A program made the position numbers and the translations under genes. DNA of 63,632 nt, filler included, from Octopus bimaculoides (lineage: Eukaryota), in the NCBI RefSeq assembly GCF_001194135.2. It is 7 parts of 7 records of this genome, joined end to end, with 100 filler letters (N's around TTAATTAATTAA, not from the genome) between each part and the next. Parts side by side here need not be neighbours in the genome. Positions count along the whole stretch, not along the records: positions 53,699 to 58,458 come from NC_068985.1; positions 58,559 to 63,632 come from NC_068983.1; 5 more parts are not named here. One strand, written 5' to 3'. The notes beneath the pieces were generated by a model. It was given only the letters and a program-made list of their open reading frames with translations, was not told the DNA's origin and ran no database searches. This document shows positions 53,772-63,632 of this stretch, in pieces. Every line of letters begins with the position of its first letter. The first letter of the stretch is position 1.

Positions 53772-54067
53772 TCAAACATTTAACTTCAGAGAAATTTTTT
53801 TTTTATGAAGTGTAGTTCCATTGCCTTTCGGTATTGTGGATCGTCCCGTATACATTTGTTAAAGGGAAAGATTTTGAACTTTCCGTCTCCGTATATTTCC
53901 AGATGTTTACTCAATTGAATCATTCTTAGTTCTTCTTGCCGGATATGTTGCCTTTGAATTCTTGCACGTTGCCGCAGGGAGTTGTTCGTTTCGCCGATGT
54001 AATTTTATTTACAGTTTTGGCCGATAACGCAGTATATGAGATTTTGTGTTTTACAGTTCATATCTGT
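53772..54067 (-). mobile_element. Penelope-like GIY-YIG endonuclease C-terminus
   Basis: MNCKTQNLIYCVIGQNCK*NYIGETNNSLRQRARIQRQHIRQEELRMIQLSKHLEIYGDGKFKIFPF...RKAMELHFIKK..KLNV*, with LIY...YIG motif. Confidence 0.75.
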
Positions 54068-54709
54068 ATATACATGTTCGTGTGTGTATATATATATACA
54101 CGCACATATTTGTGTGTGTGTATATATATATATATATACACACACAAGTGTATTTATTTGTGTGTATGTATATATATATATATGTACACACATTCATGGA
54201 TATTTATATTTAGATATGTGTCTATGTATGTATATATGTGTGCGTGCTCGCGCATGTGCATATATATGGTTGTACAAATACACGCGCACACTGCAAACGC
54301 GGTTTAGACATAAACGTGTTGAGGCTAGCACAAACTTGTTTGTAATTGCTGTCAAGTTCCAATATCTGGTGCTGCAACTTTAATTCATATCAGCAATTCT
54401 CTATCATCTACCTCTTCAAACTATTACCCATTTCCTTTTAACTGACACAATATTTTCAACGCCCTTTTGCTTAAATTCAATGGACACCTCTCTATTTTGA
54501 ATGAGATATGAATCAGGCGACAGTAATTTAGTTCTAGGTATTAGTCTGGCACAGTTGTCAACCCACATTTCTACCCTACTATAAGCGTATACAATAAGCA
54601 CAAGTGGTACTTATATTCGGTTATGCATATTTATTTATTCACATTTCAAAATCTGTTATTATAGTTGATTTTATACACACATATTCATACAAACATATGT
54701 ATGTGTGTC

Positions 54710-54740
<31 letters not shown>

Positions 54741-55537
54741 TTTGTGATATATATCTATAATACATTAAAAGCGAAGTTCAATCTTGCTTGCTTGCTAACT
54801 TGCAATGTTACACAGCCAAACAGGCGCATAATGGGAAAGTACTTTAAAAGTAAAATTCCCCTGAAATGGAATACGAACGGAATAAAACAGGTTTCGCGTA
54901 AACCAGACCAGTAGTTATTCGGTATTTGGGGGAATAAATACCCCATAAACCGGACCAGTAGTTATTCGGGGTTTGGGGGGTATAAATACCCAAAACAATG
55001 CATACTGGGAAAATACTTCGGAAATAGTTTCTTCCATTTTAGGGTGAAGTTAACTATTCTATTATGATAGGCAAAATATCTTTAAGTGAAAATGTCTTTA
55101 AAAAAAAGTAAATATTTCGTAAAAGACCCGTTCGTAACTTCGGTGTGAAATAGTATAAGTACAAGACTTAGAAATAATACGTCCTGGGGTCGATTTGTTC
55201 CACTAAAGGCGGTGGTCTAGCATGGCCGCAGTCAAATGACAAACAAATAAAACAACAAAATAATAAAAGAATAGAATAGTGATATATGATTTGAATATGT
55301 ATGTGTATGTGCGCGCGCGACGTGGTCTTTCAGTTTCTGCCAACCATTACCAATTGAAAGGATTTAGTCAAACCGATCGTATAGTGGCCCAAGGCTAAAA
55401 AGCAAATTTGTTACCACACAGTCACGCCTGTGATTATATATATAGAAAAACTATAAACATGTATGCATTCGCATGTATATATATATATATATGTGTGTGT
55501 GTATATAAACACATGTCTGTGCATATATATATATAAA

Positions 55538-55579
<42 letters not shown>

Positions 55580-56483
55580 CATACATACATACATACACAG
55601 CGCACGCGCGAATTTCAAGTAATTTTACGTCTAATGACGTAAGATATTAGATACATACAGCTGATGTTCAGGTTGATTTCCTACCTAAACACCTTGAACT
55701 GCAGCTGGGAGTTTCAGGGTTGTTTTGGCTACTTAGAATTAGGATTAGTCACAGGCAGTATTTCAATCAAACTAGCACCTGCAGGTATCAACAGAAAAAA
55801 AAAAAGACTGACAACTCGTCAATTGTGACTTTTATATATTTAAAGTTACTGAAGATTTGAACACAAGAGCTCAATAAAAGATTGGTTGGGGAGTGTTCAT
55901 ATACGCTGGTATTCTCCCAGAACAGTTATAAACTAAGTCCATTGTTCATAAGTCCTTTATAGCACAGCACCTTATTTACCACTCTTATCTTAAGCTTCTT
56001 ACCATATACTGCCCTCTATGGCTAGTCTGGCTAACTGATGATTCTAAGCGCTCACCCCTTCACCATTATAGTCTCGGGCCGACCAAAGCCTTTCTCTCTT
56101 AACCAACTCCTTCCTTAACTCATATAGGCACCGGACACTGCTTTCTACATATCTCTAGACCTTTTATGTATCTACCTCTCGCCCTCTACGTTAGCTTCTA
56201 TCGACCTTACACTTATAACCAAAACTATTCTGCCTTTCTTCCTTTATACTCACTTACATTGCTTAGTCATTGCGAGACTAATAACCTGGTGAAGAGCATA
56301 TGTTTCAGAACGCAGTGTTAGCCGAGTGTAGAGCAGCAATAAGAACTGAAAATGACAAAGGAATAAATGATCATCTTGTAAACTTCAGCAGCTTAGCAGA
56401 AACAGCTGTAAGCCAATGAAGTGCACAAGATAATCAAGTATTTCTTTGCCATCTCTCTTAGCTATCGCACTAATATATATATA

Positions 56484-56564
<81 letters not shown>

Positions 56565-56577
56565 AGAGAGAGAGAGA

Positions 56578-57165
56578 CGCAGACGTGGTTGTGTGGTAAG
56601 AAGTTTGCTGCGAGCTGGCAGAATCGTTAGCGCGCCGGGCGAAATGCGTTGCGTATTTCGTTTGCCGTTATGTTCTGAGTTCAAATTCCGCCGAGGTAGA
56701 CTTTGCCTTTCATCCTTTCGCGGTCGATAAATTAAGTACCAGTTACGCACTGGGGTCGATGTAATCGACTTAATCCCTTTGTCTGTCCTTGTTTGTCTCT
56801 ATGTTTAGCCCCTTGTGGGCAATATTGCGTGGCACCTTGGGCAAGTGTCTTTTACTATAGCCTCGGGCCGACCAAAGCCTTGTGAGTGGATTTGATAGAC
56901 GGAAACTGAAAGAAGCCTGTTGTATATATGCATGTGTGTGTGCATGCGTGTGTGTATGTGTCTGTCTGTATTTGTCCCGCCTCCACTGCTTGAAAACCAG
57001 TGCTGGTGTGTTTGCCCTCGTTAACTAGCAGTTCGGCAAAACAGATCGATAGAATAAGTACCAGGCTTTAAAAAAACGTATCGGAGTCGATACATTCAAC
57101 TATAAATTCTTCAAGGCCGTGCACCAGCATGACCGCAGTCTAATGACTGAAACGAGTAAAAGACG
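56578..57165 (+). mobile_element. SINE family B interrupted by a family-A body (56611-56823)
   Basis: The B head breaks after aagtttgct, family A follows, and B resumes at tgcgtggcaccttggg. Confidence 0.8.
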
Positions 57166-57499
57166 AAAGAGATATACCACTGTTCGTGCATTTTTTACCC
57201 CACCAAATCCTAGCTCACTTTTCCTCCGAAGCAGGAATAGGTTGCCACTAACATGCGGCACGCTTATTGCTTACAAGGAACAGCACCAACTGTGCAACTA
57301 TTCATGAAACATCTGTAAGGGAACCGACTGCACATCTTCCTTCTTCTCATCTAGTTTTGTATATTACCTATGATGGCCTACCTCTATCTCTTATCTAACA
57401 TCAACAATACGGACTTATAACTGTTCCGTGAGATAACCAGAATATATCACGCCCATTATGAACATTCTTCAGCCGATCGTTTATTGGTCGCTTGTGTTC

Positions 57500-57780
57500 G
57501 ATGGTGGTGGTGGTGGTGATGATGGTCATGGAGATGAGCATGACAATGGTGGTGGTGGTGGTGGTGGGTGGTCAAGAAGATGATGAAGACAACAACATTG
57601 ATAATGACTGTGATGGCGATAGTGATGATGATGGCGGTGATCATAGTGGTAGTGGTGATAAGGAGGAGGAGGAAAGTGGTGGTGATGGTGGCGGCAGTGA
57701 TTCTAACGGTGCTTAAAATGACTACGACGGTGACAAAGATGATGATGATGAACTATGGCGATAAATATGATTGCTGGACT
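57500..57780 (+). repeat. Degenerate (GGT/GAT)n trinucleotide low-complexity tract
   Basis: Direct reading. Confidence 0.9.
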
Positions 57781-58339
57781 AAATGAACTCTTTTAATGAC
57801 TTTTTGGCAGGATTTAAAGTGTGTGAATCCTAGAAAGATTAATGAAAATGCTGGCTGTTTTTTAATTACGGTTTATAATTTCACTTGGATATTTTATAAT
57901 GTGAAAATATCTAACGAAAATTTCTAGCTACGTATGTACCTATGTTATGTATCTGTGTGTAAATGTATGTATGCGTGTGTATGCATATATGTTTGTTTAT
58001 TATGAGGGTGTGTATTATACATGTGTGTATGTATATACGTATACGTATATGTATGGGTGTCTGTATATCTGCATGTACGTATGAGAGTATGTATGTATGC
58101 ATGTAAGCTTGTATGTATGTATATAAGAATGTAATACAATTACATATTTGTGTTTCGTTATGCCTAAACTACTAAGATAGAAAGATAGATTCTTGCGAAT
58201 CTATCTATGTATCTACATACGTGGGTGTGTATGTGCGTGAATTATATCGCTCCGTGTCTGCATGTATGCATATATATATATATATATATATGTATAAACA
58301 CACATGTATATAAATATAAACACACATATGTATATAAAC

Positions 58340-58401
<62 letters not shown>

Positions 58402-58560
58402 CTAATCTATATATATACATATATATATATGCCTATATATATATATATATATATATATNNNNNNNNNNNNNNNNNNNNNNNNNNNNNNNNNNNNNNNNNN
58501 NNTTAATTAATTAANNNNNNNNNNNNNNNNNNNNNNNNNNNNNNNNNNNNNNNNNNNNTA

Positions 58561-59650
58561 GACAAAATAATGGAAACACTTTAAAATGTTAAACAAATTT
58601 ATTTTAATATGGGGTGGGACCGCCTTTGGCAGTAATTACAGCTTGAATTCTACGAGGCATGGACTCGTACAAAGTTTGAATTGTATCCAATGGGATTTTT
58701 GTCCATTCTTCAGCTAAAACAGTCTCCAGTTTTTGTAGTGATGATGGAGGAGGATATTGACTGCTTACTTGTTTTTCTAAAATGCATCCTAGATATTCAA
58801 TAATGTTGAGATTTGGGGTGTGTGGTGGCCAGATAAGAAGTTTAAATTCACTAGAATGTTCATCCTGCCATTCAGTAAAAACTTTAGCTGTTTAAATTGC
58901 TGCATTATCATCCTGAAAGATGGCGTTTCCCACCGGAAATGGTTCCGCAACAATAGGATGAATTTGATCAGATAAAATACTTTAATAGTCTTGACTATTA
59001 ATTCTGCGATAAAGGCAAACCACTGGGACGGCGGTTTTCAAGATATAGCCCCCACCTCAAGATCATCACAGATCCTCCTCCATGTTTAACAGTTGGAAGA
59101 ATGCAGTCTAGGTCAAATGTTTTTTTATTCTGTCTCTACACGTATACTCGGCCGGTGGTCGGAAATAAGGTAAAGTATGACTCATCCGAGAAAATAAAAT
59201 TCTTCCACTGCTCTAGGGACGAATTCTGTAGGTTTTTACTCCACTCTTTACGCTATACAACGTTTATTTTTGAAAGTAGTGGTTTTCTGATTGCAGGCCT
59301 TCCATGAAATCCGGCGTTGTACAGTTTCCGGGACAAATCTTTGTGGAAATTGGGTTCTCGAGGTTGCCATTAAGCTCTGCCGTAATTTTGGAAGCTGTAC
59401 TTTTGTAATCCTTTCTAACAATTCGCGTAAGAGTCCGACGGTCCCTATCTGAAAGTTTTGGTTTTCTTCCGGTGTTTTGTTTCGACGAGGAGGCTTTTCC
59501 CTCTTTCTCAAAGCTGTCATTTCGTTCGAGACAGTACTTCTTGATGCAACAAATATTTCGGCTGTTTTTGTTACGCTAGCGCCTACCATACAAGCTCCAA
59601 CAATTTGTCCTTTTTGAAAGTCCGATAGATCTGTCATTTTCTGTTGATAT
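58561..59650 (-). mobile_element. Tc1-family transposon relic with DD36E spacing (Incomer-like)
   Basis: MTDLSDFQKGQIVGA...FSDESYFTLFPTTGRVYV...FQDDNAAI*TAKVF...WPPHTPNLNIIE...AKGGPTPY* (ATG 59637, stop 58604), with 36 residues between D and E. Several stops and frameshifts. Confidence 0.85.
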
Positions 59651-60561
59651 CTGAAAAGAAACAAGAATTTTAGCAAACCATATTACGAAACACTAATAAT
59701 AGATAAAAAAAACATAAAAATAACAAGCTTTTGACGGTTTTATAGATATTTCAAAATTATGATGCAGTGCTAGTGGCCGCGAGCGACTCTATAACTGGTG
59801 AGTTATATCCACTGGATCGTAAGTGTAACGCTGAATGACTACCTGGGTCTTATTATTTGCCAAATCCTACATATGTTGTGGAGTTCGGTGTCTTTAAATT
59901 GACATGACGCAGCTTACAAACCATTTTACATATTGAAGAAGAGCATTACAAAATTTTCAAGCATTGTCTTACATATCCATAATGCTATTTTAATTGCATG
60001 TTCCAGTTCTAGGGTTTTAAGAAAATTAACTACAGAGCAACATTGAAAACGTACCGTAATTATAGAACGAATTCGGAAACATAATCGGAAATTGTAACAT
60101 AATGGAACAATGTAATAATGTTTTAAATATTTGCATAAAAACCGAAATATAAAGTCTATAAAACATGGAAATGTTTCGGGTCACGCTATAAGTGTGTAAT
60201 CATGCTAAATGTATAGGCTTTCTCATTGATTTTAATGTAAATGCAATAGTGAGCAATCCAAAATTGACCTTAACACATTATAAACATGGGAGAACGGATT
60301 AATTAGTGTCATCAAGAATATATATTCTACCTGTGTGGATATAATATAACATTCAGACTGCGTTAACCTACTGATGTAGAATGTCACTGGATATTCATAA
60401 AAAAATAACACGGATATAATCATCTAGATGGCCACGACACTATATTCTGTTAGTGTTCTATCATCCGTCAGTAAAGGAGTTTTACTAGTTGTATCATCCG
60501 ACTGTAAAGACGTTTTCACTCCTAGCCAAGCGACAATTCATGAAACCCGAGCGGACACATA

Positions 60562-61793
60562 CCAGGTTGAGTCAAAGGTTTTTTTAAGATTTAATTGATA
60601 ATTTTTAACCAATTGTATCTCCATGTTATACCATTAGCCTGATATAACTTGTCCAATCGTTGCAGAAATGTTTATCCTTTATTTTCATATATAACAATAA
60701 GCATTAATTCTTTATTCTTTATTTTACAACTTTTATAACGAGTAATGGAAAAACTCCAAATTGAGACCACATACGCTACCTGTGGAAAAACAGACTGAGC
60801 GCAAGAGCAGCAGCAAAAGAAATTAATATGGAAGGCCCAGGAAATGTCAACGAAAATGCGGCACAAATCTTGTTCCGATGTTTCAAGGAAGGTGGCGGCA
60901 GCCTCGAAAACAAACGAGGGTCAGGGAGATCTTCTGCTGAGGAAGCTGAGGCGTTGCACACAGCTAAGCATAATCACTCTCATATTCTCGGGAGAATCTG
61001 ATCCTTCTCAAAGCACCATCAACAGACACCTCCATATGCTCGACCCTGTGAACAGATACTGACGAAGAATTCCCCATGAGTCGAGCAATAACGGGTGAAC
61101 ACTTACGCACAAATGCTGGTAATCCTCGAGATGCTCGTTGTTGGCGTTGAAATGTAACTGGAGATGAAAAATTGATCCGTTTTCGTAACCAATAGCTTCT
61201 TTCCTGCCAGGCTTCAGAAACTCTTGTCAAACAATGGTGATTTGAACGGAAATCGTGTTGTGTGTTTGGAGGAATTTTGAAGAGGTGCTGCATTTTAAGT
61301 TTGTCTCAGATGTCATGTGGTGAACGCAAACCAGTATGCTCAACAATTGCAGTGAATATATGATATTTTGAAAATCCGCTACCTAGCATTGCACAATCGA
61401 AGATGTGCATTTGTACGGCATGATAATGCCCCTGAACACACTACCAATGTAACCAAGCGTAAATTTGAAGAACTTGAGGGTTGGAAGTGCTACCTCACCC
61501 TGCCTACAATCCAAGCCTTTCTCCAAAAGATTGCCACTTTTTCAAGCCATGGCTCATTGCCTGCACAGACGGAGGTTCAACAACGTGGATGTGGGTGGAA
61601 GTGGGAAATGGGTGGAGTTTGTTCATCTGTAAGCCAACAAAGTGTTGTGACCATGAAATTAAGACTCAGGCAAAGCGATAGCAACATACAATAGAATTTG
61701 ATGGATACATTTTAGTAAACACTTTTCGTATATAATCTGTTTAAACTATTTCTTAAGGGTTGAAATACAAAAAGGATTTTGACTCAAACTGTT
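60562..61793 (+). mobile_element. Near full-length degenerate mariner
   Basis: HTH part ARAAAKEIN...FRCFKEGGGSLENKRGSGR, then VTGDEK, HDNAPEH and EVLPHPAYNPSLSPKD across frameshifts. Imperfect TIRs caggttgagtcaaa / tttgactcaaactg, about 1.23 kb. Confidence 0.75.
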
Positions 61794-62639
61794 CTAAACG
61801 GAAAATCGATTAAGAAAACGAATCGTATTTACATAATCTTTGCTCTCTCTGTTTAGAGCTTATGCATGCATGCATGCATGCATGTATGTATGTATGTATG
61901 TATGTATGTATGTATGTCATTATTCAGTTTTATTTCAAGATTTCTTGCCAATAGAGAAAGAGCCGGTTTCTAACCTAGATCCAAGGCTCCTTCATTGGAA
62001 TTTCAACATCAAGAATAGAGTATTTTTGCATTTTGATGTATGTATTTATTATGTGTGTGTGTATGTGTGTGTATGTGTGTGTGTGCATGCATGTGTGCAT
62101 GCATGTGTGTATGCATGTGTGTATGTACGTGTCTATGTATGTTATATAAATATATTTTGTGTGTATTTGAGCTTTTGTATTCGTGCCTGTGAAGGTAGCT
62201 TACTTCAGCTGATTCAGTTACCTGTTTGGAGTTTCCATGACTAGCTGCCAATTTAAGAGAGAGGGAGAGAGAAAGAGAGTGTGAGAGAGAGAAATTGAGA
62301 GAGACACCTTTAAGCCTTGCCCAATGGAAAAAAAGAACACAATGAATCGCTGGGGAGGTACTAGCATGGGCATACGCAAGATAACGTACGTACCTTGAAC
62401 AAACTAGAAAGAACGATTGCTTGTCACAAACATGTACACGCTCTAGCCTTTTGATTTCGAGTGAGTGTGGACAAGCAGGAGACATATCAAAGTAAACACA
62501 CACACACACATCCCATAGACTAGAACAGAAATAGAAAAAATAAGAGAAAGCAAAAACAACAGGAGGAAAGAGAGGGAGAGACCGGAGAGAAGCTAAAAGA
62601 GAGTGGTATGAATTAAGAATTCATCCATCACGTGTCCTT

Positions 62640-63030
62640 ATATTCTTTTATTCTTTTATTTGTTTCAATCATTTGACTGCAGCCATGTTGGAGCACCACT
62701 TTCAGTCGTGTAGATCGACCCCAGGACTTATTCTTTGTAAGCCTAGTACTTATTCTCTCGGTCGCTTTTGCCGAACCCCTAGTATACGGGGACGTAAACA
62801 CACCAACATCGGTTATCAAGTGAGGTTGGCAGGACAAACACACACACACACACACACCCACACACACACACACACAGACACATACACACACACGACGAAC
62901 TTTTTCAGATTCCGTCTACCAAATCCACTCACAAGGCTATAGTAGAAGACACTTGCCAAAGATGCCACGCAGTGGGACTGAACCCGGAACCATGTGGTCG
63001 GTAAGCTAGTTACTTACCACGCAGCCACTC
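62640..63030 (-). mobile_element. tRNA-derived SINE family B (CORE-like ccttgggcaagtgtcttctactatagcc)
   Basis: Head with B-box gggttcagtccc, CORE-like segment, internal (CA)n, tail ...atgattgaaacaaataaaag. Confidence 0.8.
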
Positions 63031-63245
63031 TTCCGCCTATATAAGCCCACACAAAATATTTATGCTTTAGAAATATTTATCTACTTACACATGTATTTTC
63101 TGTTCGAACAAATTGTATTGCAGTAGACACCATGAGAGAAACTCTCATATCAGCTGGCTAAGATTTTCTGTCATAGTTTCTGTCATATTATCTCTCATGG
63201 TATCAACTGCAGCACAGTTTGTTCTAACAGAACATTCATGTTTAA

Positions 63246-63632
63246 ATGGGAATAAGTTATATATATATAGCTGAGATGGTGGGATCATTTATCCTCTATG
63301 AATTAAATGATCAATTCCCTAGGGTTAGGGGGGGTTGTATAGAGACGACTGCCTGTTATATGTTAGGAATTGTTCAAACCAGGAACTACAGAGAATTAAG
63401 GGTAGGCTGGCCAGATTTTTCAGCAGAATGGGGATGGGTATAGTTTACGAAGATGATGTCTCAGTAGCAAATTTCCTAGATGTAACATTAGATATTAAGA
63501 ATAAAACATATAGACCATACCACAAACCCCTAACAAACCTACAGTATATAAGTAAATCAAGTAACCATCCTAGGGCTATAATAGAAAATCTAGTAAAAAA
63601 TATATCGTTAAGACTCTCCAAACTATCTGCTA
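63246..63632 (+). mobile_element. Penelope-like element RT, runs off window end
   Basis: After a frameshift in a G7 run: GLYRDDCLL...ANFLDVTLDIKNKTYRPYHKP...YISKSSNHPRAIIENLVKNISLRLSKLS. Confidence 0.85.

Noticed and set aside
54899-54992. Repeat-spacer (CRISPR-like) interpretation of short direct repeats
   Set aside because: Only two adjacent units, no unique spacers, no cas genes, and a eukaryotic context.

Overview
AT-rich, repeat-dense animal DNA. The SINE, MITE and microsatellite repertoire looks cephalopod (Octopus-like); this is an inference from repeat style, not a database match. The window is not one contiguous locus. Six identical 100-bp spacers (44 N + TTAATTAATTAA + 44 N) join seven separate pieces, and there are many ordinary N gaps. 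The only host gene I can support is the 5' part of a long-chain acyl-CoA synthetase (ACSL1/5/6 type) on the minus strand. It has three spliced coding exons (48378-48241, 33360-33252, 32595-32528) with matching intron phases, and the remaining exons are not visible in the window. Everything else is transposon-derived or simple repeat: several tRNA-type SINE families; RTE, R4/Dong, HERO and Penelope-like retroelement fragments; Tc1/mariner relics with DD34D, DD36E and DD37D spacing; an internally deleted piggyBac with its MITEs; a Helentron-type HINE; and a Kolobok-like MITE. Most ORFs in the supplied track are microsatellite or gap artefacts. The most interesting signal is a set of minimal type-I hammerhead ribozyme motifs with palindromic stem III. 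One has an intact core (17268-17312 +), one is near-intact (44506-44547 -), and others are decayed or cut by a gap (7928-7949, 21413-21458, 56029-56323). Their flanks are unrelated, and they occur in a window that also carries Penelope-like RT and GIY-YIG fragments.
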